A stretch of 58,265 nucleotides of DNA, filler included, from Jimgerdemannia flammicorona (Eukaryota), in assembly GCA_003990765.1 (NCBI GenBank). It is 2 parts of 2 records of this genome, joined end to end, with 100 filler letters (N's around TTAATTAATTAA, not from the genome) between each part and the next. Parts side by side here need not be neighbours in the genome. Positions count along the whole stretch, not along the records: positions 1 to 29,089 come from RBNJ01000520.1; positions 29,190 to 58,265 come from RBNJ01000521.1. The stretch is one strand, 5' to 3'. The notes under the pieces are model-generated. The model did no database searches and had not been told where the DNA came from. It saw only the letters and a program-made list of their open reading frames with translations. Positions 25,440 to 36,400 of this stretch are shown piece by piece (position 1 is the first letter of the stretch; each line of letters starts with the position of its first letter). A program made the translations under genes and the position numbers.

Positions 25440-28400
25440 ATTATACACACTCTTACAACACACTTTCAAGTTATTTATTGGAGAAAGATATTAAGGTAAT
25501 GTCTACCAGTAAGTAAGCAGATATATATACTAGCTTAGATAGAGCTGGAACCTTTAACTGGCAATATGTTGGATAAAGAGATGGGCTTGGAATGGAGTCC
25601 TTCAGTGGTCTGAGTGGGAGAGATAGTTCAGGCAGTAGAAGTGATGCTGGTAGTGGGGCTGGAGGGCTGGCAGAAAAGAGCTTTGTGGATATACTGAGGA
25701 GTGGTGGTTGGCCAGTGGGGACTCAGAGTAGACAGGTGGGTGGGAAGGGAAAGCAGAAGGTTGGAGAAGCTGGAGAAGCTGGAGGAGCTGGAGCTCAGCT
25801 AATGAGTAGTAGGACTGGTGGGGTGGCTACTAGAAGTAGTGATGGGACTGCTAATAGTGGTGTGAATGGGAATCTAGAAAAAAATCCAGATGTGACTATT
25901 GATAATGGGGCTGGGCAGATGGGTCTGAAGTGGAAAAGAGACCTGGCTGATGGTGTAATGGGGCTAGCAGTAGCACCATTACTCAAAAAGTTGATTTTGG
26001 AGTTTGTGGCTACTTTGTACTTCCAGAGCTTAGTAGTGATGGTAAGAATAGTCCTGGGGCTTATCTCACAGCAGGTATCTGGGGCAGTCTCGGTGAAGTT
26101 TCTGAAGGGGCTGGAGGGGGTTGAGGTGGGCTTTGAGGAGGTAGGCCCACTTGATGAGACTCTGAAGACTAAAGTGGTGGTCAGGGAAGTGATGGTCCTG
26201 ATGGTGTGATGCCTAAGGTGGGATCCCAGAGTAGTACAGTTGCTGGTGAAGGAGATATCTGTGGTGACAAAAGCTGAGACTAGGAGGAGGGTGAAGGAGA
26301 TGATGGCAGAGTATAGTGACATAGTGGATATTGACTTCCAGATGTGGGAGGGGATGATCTTTAGAACTAGTGATATTGATGTCAGGATTAGACTAGCTGA
26401 GAGAGAGGCCACAGAGAAGATGAGTGACTGGCCCTCAGTATTGATGTGGGGGGCATTTGTCTGTAAGGTATCAAAGGTGAAGAGGAATGAAGAGGAGGAG
26501 AAGAACTTGTTGGAAGTGCTGGAGGAGTTGAGTGGTGCAGTTGAGCAGCAGGTGAAGGCCTGGAAGCTATATGTGGAGTCGACACACTTGGAGATTATTG
26601 ATGGGAAGTATATTCATACTGACAAGAGACAGTGAGAGAGAGCTCAAGGGCACAAGAGGCAGTGAGAGCTGCTGGTGAGCATGGAAGAAGAGGTGAAGGT
26701 GAAGGCTGGGGATACTAAGAAGTCTGAGGGCATGAAGGCAAGTATCTGGGCTAACAAGCAAGGAAGTGAGGGGGAGGAGGGACTGGGTGGGGCTGAGAAG
26801 GTGCTGCATACAGACCTATTTGCTAATGGCACATTTGAAGTATGGGACTTGGTCATAGAGAACACTCTCTCTCTGATCAAGTGGGGTCTGGCTGCAAGGG
26901 GTCAGGTAGAGGAGGATGTATTGATGAAGGGTGTGTAGAGAGTTCACTTTGGGGTTCCTGATGTGGTGAAGGGGGATCAGGTGGTGGTAGTTGGTAAGAA
27001 TGAGCTGGTGGATGTCCCAGAGGAAGAGTAGGATGAAACCACCAGTATAGGGATGGACACAATGATGCTCAATACAAGGAGGCTGGGGATGTCAGAGAGA
27101 AAAAAGGTGGGGAACCTGCTGTAGATGAGTAAGATGATGGATAACTTTGCAGCTGAGAAGTTGGGGGAAGTGGACCTGTATATGATGCCAGAGGAGCAAT
27201 GGGCACAGATTCTGTATGGTGATGGGGTGGTGGAGGCACTGAAGGCAGAGATTTTTGTGATTTTTTTGAAAAAGGAAGGATATGAGGTTGATGTAGTGAG
27301 AGAGGCTGAGATGGCAGTAGTTGCTAGTGAGCAAGCTGCCTACTGTTGGGCTAAGTGGTATGGGTTGTAACTCTGGTAGGAGGCATGCCTGGAGTATCAT
27401 GAGGACTTTGAGAAAAAAGAGGATGGAGTATTGGCTGAACTTCTGGTAGGAATAGAGGTACAGGTGGCTGAGAAGAAGGCTCTGGCTGTAGAACATGATT
27501 TGAATTTAACACAGGAGGAGTTGAATGCAGATTTGTAAAGGATGGGATTGTTCAATGCTATTATTCCTTATGAACAGTATAACTAATATTTTCTTACTGA
27601 ATGTGAATGGGCTATGGGGTTCTGGGTGGCATAGAAACATTTTTACTTAGTTTAAAGGATTAGAGGCTGATCTCTTTTTATTGCAGGATGTATAGTGTGA
27701 GGATGAGGATAATCAGGTAGAGTGGACTAGATAATGGGGAGGAGATACTACTTAGTTTGGCAAAGTGGTGATTCTGGTGAAGAAGGGAAAAGGAGACTTG
27801 GGCAGGGTCAAGAGCTGGGGCCACTGCTTGGTCTGGAGAGATTGGAATTGGCCAGGGTGGGAGCTGGTGAGAGTTGGCTCCTACTACTATCCTGCAGTTA
27901 GAGGTGAGAGGATTGCATGGATTAGGGATCTGCTGAAGGAGGATATTCTTTTAGAGGAAGGAGTAGATGTTCTGGGTAGTGATTTTAATATGGTTTGGGA
28001 TCTGCAATTAGATTGAACTAATGGAGGGAGAAATGCAGATAGGAGGAGTGATGGTCTGGATGTATGAGAGAAGGTGGAGAATCTTAGCTCTCTTGGAGAT
28101 ATGGGCAGAATATGGTGGGGCAATATAAGAGTCTATATTTATTGGGTGAATGGCTTGGGTACAAGGATTGACTGGATTCTGACAGCCAAATATTGGGGTA
28201 TTGATGTTTGGAAGACTTTGGAGACAGAGTGGTACCCATAGTCTGATCACTGGGGGACTATTAGAGCAGGGGCAGTTTGGGGAGAGTAGAGACAGACCCA
28301 GATATTGGCACCTTAACTCCTCTCTGCTGGCTGAGAAGGTGCTGTGAGACTCATGAGTAGAGGCCATCCAGGCAAAGATACCTATCTGGAGGCATGAGGG

Positions 28401-29089
28401 TGTGTCTGTGGGCATCTGTTGAATGAGTTTGAAGGAGGCTGCAAGGATTTATTGAGGAGAGGCTGGTAGGGAGGCTAGGTGGTAGAGAAGGAAGTGAGTT
28501 AGGTGTGCTTCTAATAGACTGATGAGGTTACAGTTGGAGTGGGTGGATTTGCTTTCTTCTATAGAGATGGAAGATTGGAGGTTGGAATAAGCAAAATTAG
28601 AGATAATGGAGCTACAATAGATATTGAGAGATAAGGAGATGTATATGAAAGGGATGGCTGCTAGGCTATAATGGCAGGAGCTTGAGGAGAGAGAGTGGCT
28701 TACTAGGTACTTGTCTAGACTCCCCAAAGCTAGGAGGGTATGACATTGATAGAATGGGGTCTTGAATGCTGAAGGGAATATGGTGTATAGTATACAATAG
28801 ATATTGGAGATATTGAAGGAGAGATGGCAGGATCGGTGGAGTGAGAAGGTAGGGGGTGCTGATGAGGAGACAATTGAAGATACACTGGAGGAGTGGAAGC
28901 TGAGGGGTTTGGTATAGTGTATCTCTCAGAAGAGTGGTGGGAGGATTCAGGTAGTGGGTAATTAGGTTGTATTTGGGCAGAGAGAGGTCGAGGGAGGAGG
29001 GTTGGGTCCACAGAGCATTAGTTGAGGATTTGGGGTGACATTGTATTGTTAGAAGTATAGATGGCAGTAATAAAGGTCAGTCCAAGGGA
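25440..29089 (+). mobile_element. L1-clade LINE with ORF1 and APE endonuclease, RT internally deleted
   Basis: ORF1 pieces 25592-27540. ORF2 start MNSITNIFLLNVNGL at about 27570, then GSDFN, TRIDWIL, SDH. The sequence jumps at about 28830 to the ORF2 C-terminus. The 3' end AATAAAGGTCAGTCCAAGGGA abuts the gap. Confidence 0.9.
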
Positions 29090-29189
29090 NNNNNNNNNNN
29101 NNNNNNNNNNNNNNNNNNNNNNNNNNNNNNNNNTTAATTAATTAANNNNNNNNNNNNNNNNNNNNNNNNNNNNNNNNNNNNNNNNNNNN
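29090..29189. other. Assembly gap (100 bp) with artificial TTAATTAATTAA linker
   Basis: 44 N, then TTAATTAATTAA (29134-29145, stops in all six frames), then 44 N. Confidence 0.97.
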
Positions 29190-29345
29190 ATAACAAGATA
29201 GTTAAAGATAAGAAGTTTGAGGACTATAAGACCTTGGGAAGGCACTCCAATAAGAACTTGCTTATAACAAACTTGAGTTAGTCTAAGAGATACACCTTGA
29301 AGAGAATCTGGCATATTTGAAGGACTCAGCGACCACTACATGATA
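29190..29345 (+). repeat. 3' end of a family A LTR
   Basis: Near-identical to 20490-20646 and ends ACCACTACATGATA. Confidence 0.92.
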
Positions 29346-31631
29346 ACATTTAAGAAGATTTCTTAAAGGAAATTCTCCAGTAGTAAATAACATTAGAATC
29401 ACTTCTAGTATATGGTATTAAATACATAACTCTTTAATATATGAATCTAATGTATTAGGCAACTGTACTATGAGTATGCCACTTTCTGAGAAAAATAAAT
29501 ATTACTGAACTTTTGATTATTTAAATAGTATAACAATATAAGACCAAAATTAGAAGATCTTGATGAGGACATCAAAAGCTAAGAAGAGAAGAGTTGTAAG
29601 TACATAACTTCTAAGTTACTAAAATTATACATCACCCTCTGAATAAATCTGAAAATCATATATAAGATTATGAAGCTGAGTTAAACTGAAGTTATAGAGC
29701 ACAAAGCTGAGTTAACTCAAAGTTACAGAATATAGGATTTACACAAATAGAATCTTACTAATCAGGATCAAATATATATACCAAATACTCAGACACATTG
29801 AAACAAAGAACTACAACAAACCAAACAAATAATTATAACTCTTAAATATATACACAAATATGACTACTGAGATCTATAACTACATCTATACTGATATTTG
29901 AAATGTCATTGTCAACTGAGTCACTCCTCTCTTACTCCTTATGAATATCTATAGTCTGGCACCTCTCTACTTTATGGAAGCCCAATGAAATGCCATGAAT
30001 ATACTCAGAAAAGCTCACTGAATTGGACAAATCTCAAGCTACTATCAGATTAGCTGTCTCCTAGAAGATATGATCAAACACTACTATAATATAGACATTA
30101 TACAGATATCTCAATACTAGAAACTCATTGCCTACAAATACCAAGAACTCTTCTATGAGTATAGTATCTTTATTCTCTATCTCTGAGTTACCATCACTAA
30201 AATAGTTACCACTCTGTTCTATAGCCAAATTGATGATATAGTACAAGAACTCAACTACAAGTATATTGAGTATATTCAAACTACAGATAGAACTTTCTCA
30301 CACTCTGATGACTATATTCTACAAATGTCTCAAGTTGGATATACCATGAAAAATATCTACAATATAATCCAGTTTGATAATAATGAAGTAGAAGACAATA
30401 ATTCCTCTGATACCAACATGACCTCCAGCCAAAGATCCTTGCCAGCTCTGATTATCTTATCAATCTTGCTGATGAACTTATAATAGTTTATAACCACCTA
30501 TGAGACCTATTGAGATAATGATCACTGGTATGAGTACTAATATGTATTTACCTTCAACTACTTTAACTATAATGAGAAAACTGAAGAACATAATCTGTAT
30601 CTCTAGACAACTCTTGAGATCAAACCAACAACTCTACTATCTGAGTATGAGCAATATGAAGAATAGCTACTAGCTTACTACAACTCAGTAATACATAGCA
30701 CCATAATCTATAGAAGGTATATAGATAGTGAATTTGATAAAAGTGAAGATGATGCACTCCTCCTTCATCCACCAACTTCATATCTAGCATACAGACAGAT
30801 GATATCCTATGGGATAGTAATATGGTCCCAATGTATTATTACCAGAGTGAACAGAGAGAAGTAATCTGAGAATTACTCTTTCTAGATGACTACTTTATCA
30901 GAGATAATATCATCAACAGTAATATCATTAAAGACTATCTAGATAGTATCTAAATCTATAGATAGCTTAGTAGTCATTAGCATAAATAGATTAGTCTCAT
31001 ATAATATAATTATATACTGACTTAGTAGTCAGATGATCTCTTGATATATTAGTTCACAATTATACTATATGACTGTATTCTGACTCAGCAAGGTACTAAG
31101 TGCTACATCTATATTTAGCATAGTTCAGATAGCTCTCTATTAGTATAAATACTCTCTTTTCTAGACCTCAGAATCTCAGACTTAAACAATTCAAATATAA
31201 CTTCTAAATACTTTTCTATAATATTCCTTCACATAACTACTCCTAGTATAGTAATATCATGAATAATAAATAAATCTATTTAATAATCCACAAACTATTT
31301 TTATGTAAATTTATACTCCATTAGATCTTACTTCTAACTATATTATAAAAGTTCCTAATTAGGTATTATCTATAGTAATATACTGATTTAACTAAGCTGG
31401 TCTTAGTTTCTTAAACTTCCTGAAATATGGAAAATCCTGAACATCTAGAACTAGTCTATAAAAGGACTTTGATTGAGATATCAACTCAATCTAGAAATTA
31501 ATAAGTATAGAGGATATACTCTATATGAGATTGATCTTGACCTTAAAAAAACAGTCTTCTAGAATATCCAGAACTTTCAGAAAACCCTTTCAAAACTATA
31601 TAATAGTACTTTTATAAGTAATCCTCTTATA
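29346..31631 (+). mobile_element. 3' end of element B: internal tail, PPT (29581-29594), 2037-bp 3' LTR (29595-31631); inverted relative to the rest of the element
   Basis: GAGGACATC..TAAGAAGAGAAGAGT precedes TGTAAG. The LTR matches the reverse complement of 38414-40442. Its downstream flank CATCC matches the element-sense upstream flank CATTC of that LTR. Confidence 0.85.
29860..30953 (+). pseudogene. Accessory ORF inside LTR B
   Basis: MTTEIYNYIYTDI*NVIVN*VTPLLLLMNIYSLAPLYF..YYQISCLLED..Y*KLIAYKYQELFYEYSIFILYL..DYLDSI*. It stays in one frame for about 255 codons before the first frameshift. Confidence 0.75.
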
Positions 31632-32095
31632 CATCCCAATTCTTCTTTAGTACATCCTGCAGTTCATCCTCACCAGCAGCCCCACCTAGTACTCTATACT
31701 TAGAGTGCTCCCTCTTACCCATCTCTGTATCTTTCACAACTACACTCAACCCAGGGTTACCTCTCACTCCCTGGGTCACCTCCAGAGTCACCTCTTTCTT
31801 CCCCACTCAGATACTCACTTATAATCCAGTATCTTCAATAGTGGTCCCCCCTGCTGTCTCCTCTCTCAATGTTGCCAATAGCTCTTTCTGAATCTGCCTC
31901 CCCTGTGCCCACTCCCAGGCTGCCTAGTCTAGCTGCACCTTCTTGCCATTGATAATCTCTATAACTATCTTGGTCTCATACTCCTTCCAGGCCAATCTCC
32001 TCCTCTCTACAGCTTCAGCCAGGTTCTCCAATACCTCAAGTAAGTTCTCTTTCTCCTCCAGTATCTCTTTTACTCACAAGACCTTATACTTCACT
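31632..32095 (-). mobile_element. L1 ORF1 fragment, the inverted upstream continuation of the L1 at 40443
   Basis: Reads EEKENLLEVLENLAEAVE..AWKEYE..GEDELQDVLKKNWD and continues as ESARR at 40447 on the + strand. Confidence 0.82.
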
Positions 32096-33465
32096 TGTAA
32101 TAACTCTTATTTCTATCTCTTTCTAATCCTTTAGATACTTAGGGAAATAAGGTATTACTTAGGGACTTAGTATATAATATATATCAAGAAGTCTTTAGTT
32201 TGAGAAAGTGCTTACTTGAAAGTAGTTATAGTAGCAGTATCTTATTTTTTAAAGATCTTTCTTATTTGTCCTATCTTTTAAGAGTCTTATTCTTTGCTAT
32301 ATACAGACTAAATTTACTTTGGAATTTAGGTTCAATGAGTTTACTTAAGTCTTTTGTAATTTATATACTAGTCTCAGTTCTGGTAGAAGTTAGCTAGACT
32401 TCTGGAGTTTAGTCAAAAATACTAGAGTTACTTAGATATTATTACTAAGACTTAGGGAAATATATGTATAGAGGGGGAACTTGATTCTTATATCAAGAAC
32501 TGAACTAAAACTACTTTATTTCAGATAGAAACTGGGGAATATTTATACAAGTTGGTCCATGATTTCTGACTAAGTATGAGTAACTAATTTGATAACTATA
32601 GTGAGATTTGTAATCATGATTTTTATCAGATATTTTGTGACAAAATACACTTTATAATCAGGACCTCAATTACTAGGTAATGATCAGCTACTATAGCAAT
32701 AGTTGCTATAGTGCTAATTACTAAGGATAAGCTGGATATCATTTTTCATATTAATTACATCATTCATTACATTCATCATTCATAATATTATATATCATGC
32801 TCAATCATATAATGATATCATTACTGAGTCATGTGATCACTCATTGTATCTCATCTGTTCACTTATTCATTCTATTATATCTTTTTTTCCTTAAAAATTA
32901 ACATCTTTATTGATTCAGAAATTGAGAACCAGGGGAGAGAAAGGTGGAGAATCTTCCTCAGTATTGTTGTCTTTTCTTTTAGTAGTAGGGGGGATAGTTG
33001 CTGATGGCTCAATATCTAGAATAAAGAAGTTAATGAGATCTGCAAATAGTTCTCAAACTGGTATAAGCATTGGTATAGGGATTCTCTATCTAATGCAGTT
33101 GGGGTCATCTAAGTAGGATTCTTAATTCTCATGCCTGAGAATATCTATTTGGATAGGTGGTCCTTCAAAGAGGTCAGAGAGGCCTTGAAGTCATTGGTCT
33201 GGATTGTCATTTAGAAGGAGACTCCAGTGGAGTTTGTAGTTAGTAGACTTGAGAGTAATCTAGAAGTTGACTTCTTAGGCTACCTTAATCTTTAGCTCAT
33301 CAATCTTGGAGAATAAGAGGTTCTGAAAATCCTTCAGTTATACATAGTTGAGGTTAGAGATTGTAAAAGATGCATGATATATGATTTGATAGACCTTTTT
33401 GGCTAGTCTTTACTCATGCCTATCCAGGTGGGTCCAGTCTGAGATCTGTTCAGTAGGTGGCTAGG
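32096..33465 (-). mobile_element. 3' end of LTR element family D: accessory ORF remnant, PPT, 784-bp 3' LTR
   Basis: LTR 32096-32879 bounded by TGTAATA / TATTATA. Purine tract at 32880-32892. It is not alignable with LTR B by eye. Confidence 0.75.
32915..33460 (-). pseudogene. C-terminal two thirds of an accessory ORF homologous to the LTR A ORF
   Basis: HE*RLAKKVYQIIYHASFTISNLNYV*LKDFQNLLFSKIDELKIKVA*EV..ITL..WSLLLNDNPDQ*LQGL..FADLINF..LVLNF*, in a single frame of 182 codons. Confidence 0.82.
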
Positions 33466-36400
33466 TTTTGTTAGTGTTGAGGACTTGTTGCATTGACAGG
33501 TATCACAGAAAGTGATGTAGGTCTTCATCTAATCTACTATATAGAGTCAATAGAAGTTTCAAGAAATAACTTTATAGTATTTGTCAAATCCTAAATATCT
33601 AGCTATAGGGGCATTATAATATTTAAATAGGATAGTTCTTCAGAGATCTCAATTATTAGAAATATACAATCTGTCCTTATTATAGATGGTATTATTCTTC
33701 AGTTAGTATTAATGATACTGAATATACTTGTTAATATCATTACTGCTCAGGATTTCTCAGAGTGCTTAGGCTTCTTTATTATCAGTGCATGCTATAATAA
33801 TTTATTCTATGATAGAATTGATAACTAAGGTGAGGATTTGAATAACCGCTTTAATTAATAGTCTAAAAATTACATTGATAATAATATTCTCCTTACTAGA
33901 ATAATACTGGATTTCATAGTCAAAGTTGGTAAGGACTTTCATCCATTTGGCTTAATTTTAGAAAAGAGTAGTCTGGGTCTTAATATTAACTAATGATTTG
34001 TAGTCTATTAAAACAGTGAAGTGTGCTCCTTTGAAGTAAAGTCACTATTTAATCAGAGTATTTATAATGGCTAATATTTTCTTCTCATAGATTATATAGT
34101 TGATTTCAGCATCATTAAATTTGCAAAAATAATAGACCACAGGGTATCCTTCTTATATGAGTACTGCTCCAAGAGCTAGGTCAGAGGCATCAGTAGTGAC
34201 TTTATATAAGAGAGCAGGATTTGCTTCTTGAAGTACTAGAGTGGTTATCAAGGCATCCTTCAGAGCTTAAAAGGCTATATATTGTTCAGGTTACCAATTT
34301 ACAAGATTGTTGAAGTCTTTTTCTTACTTTATGGTCCAAGGCTATTCTTCTTTCTTACTATACTTAGTTATTTAGATAAGGGCAGTAGCAATTTTAGCAA
34401 AGTTTGCAATAAATTACTAGTAATAGTTTTTTAGTCCTAGGAATAACTGGAGGTCCTTCAACTTCTTAGATCTGGGCTATTCCTTGATTGCAGAGATTTT
34501 GCTGAAGTCTACTTTGATTTTATTTAGTATGATAATATATCTAAGGAATTTAATTTTTTTCCAAAGAAATTCATATTTGCTGAGTTTTGCAAAGAGTCTA
34601 TTTTCTTGAAGCTTCAGTAGTATTAGTTTAAGATGTTTGAGATATTTCTCCAGAGTTTTGCTGAAGACTAGGATATTGTCAATATAGATAACAAATTTGT
34701 CTAAATATAGATATAGAATGGTATTCATTAGTATCTGGAAGATTGCAGGAGTATTAGTTAAGTCAAAGGGTATAATCAAAAACTCAAAATATCTATAGTG
34801 AGTTCAGAAGACTGTCTTGTAGATGTCTTCTTCTTTCATAGCAATTTTCCAGTAACTATTTTGCAGATCAAAAGAGCTTATAAATTATAAGTTAGTAAGT
34901 CTATCAAATATTTCATCAATTTGAAATAATGGGTAATAGTTCTTGATAGTCTGTTTATTGAGGTTATAGTAGTCAATATACATTTTCAGGTCTTCTCTTT
35001 TCTTAACAACAAAAAGGACTAGTGTACCATAGGATGATATACTAGGTCTAATGAATCCTTATTCTAGAAGTTCATAAATTTCTTTTTTGAGTATATCAAT
35101 TTCTCTAAGAGATACATATATATATAGTAGATTGACTTGAAGGTGAGTTTGGTATCTGGAATAGCCTTGATGGTAACTACTCATTTAAATAATAGGCCTT
35201 TTAAAAGTTTCTTTGAAAATATGTCTCAGAATTTTTAAAGTAATAGTCTAATATGGCTGTTAACTTTGGAAATGTCTTCTTCAATATTTTTAGATTCTTC
35301 TTTAGATGAATGGATAGAGATAGCAAAAAAGAGGATATTCTTGGCTAGTTTCTTGAGTTATAGCTTGTTGATATAAGTGATCTTTAGACTAGAGTCATTA
35401 GAACTAAGTGGGTCTTTTTTGTCTTGTAGTTTGAAATTGTAGTATCTCTTCTTGATAGTTAGAAAATGATTTACTCAATCAATCATAAGGTTCTCTTATT
35501 TTAACCATAGGGTTTCAAGGATGATTTCATTGTCAGAAAGTAGTATGATCTAGAGTATAATATATACTTGGTAGTCACCAATTCAGAAGGGTAGGTTGCA
35601 GACTTTCTTGTTAATAATATGTAAGATTCTATTAGCTATAGCAACTGCTTGAGTCTATTGTACTGGAGAGGTCAGAACCTTGAGTCTGTTGGCTATTTCT
35701 TTATTGATGAAGTTGCCTGAGATACTACTGTCTATCATAATCTTAACAGGTGCTCAGTTGACAAAAGCTTAGAGGATAAGTAGTTTGTCTAATCTAATAG
35801 TGATAATTTCAGTTATAGAAGTTTTCTTTCTATTGATTCTCCTTTGGACCAGTTTGTTGATATAAAAGAAGCAATTATTGATCATTCAGGAAGAGTATAT
35901 TTCAACATTATGAGGGTATTGGCTACTTGGTATAAATCTATCTTTGATTTTCTTATAGAATTATTCTTCTTTACTTATAGTAGATTGTACTGGGGTCTTG
36001 TTTGATGAGCTAAATCCTTTGGATCCTCAGATAGTAGGCAGTAGTTCAGGGACTTCTTTGACTATCAGAGTTGATTCAATTTTCTTGAATAGGATCTGGG
36101 CAATATAAAAATTGATAGGGATCTTAAATAGTATCCAACTATAGTTTTGCATAAGAACAATAATTTCACCTATATAATCTTTATCAATGATTCCTCCTTC
36201 TACTGAGAGTTCTTTTAATACTAGAGAGCTACAATAGTATATTCTTCCAACATGTCCTTTAGAGATTTGAATACTGATTCCTATATAGACTTGCTTGACT
36301 TCTCAGTTGGAAACTGTAGCTTCTTCAGCTATATATAGGTTATATCTAGCAGCTTTTTGACTTTCTTTGATTAGAGCCTTGGTAGTTGGTCTTAACTTGA

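Noticed and set aside
29134..29145. TTAATTAATTAA palindrome inside Ns
   Set aside because: It is centred in a 100-bp gap and is a standard six-frame-stop scaffolding linker, not biological.
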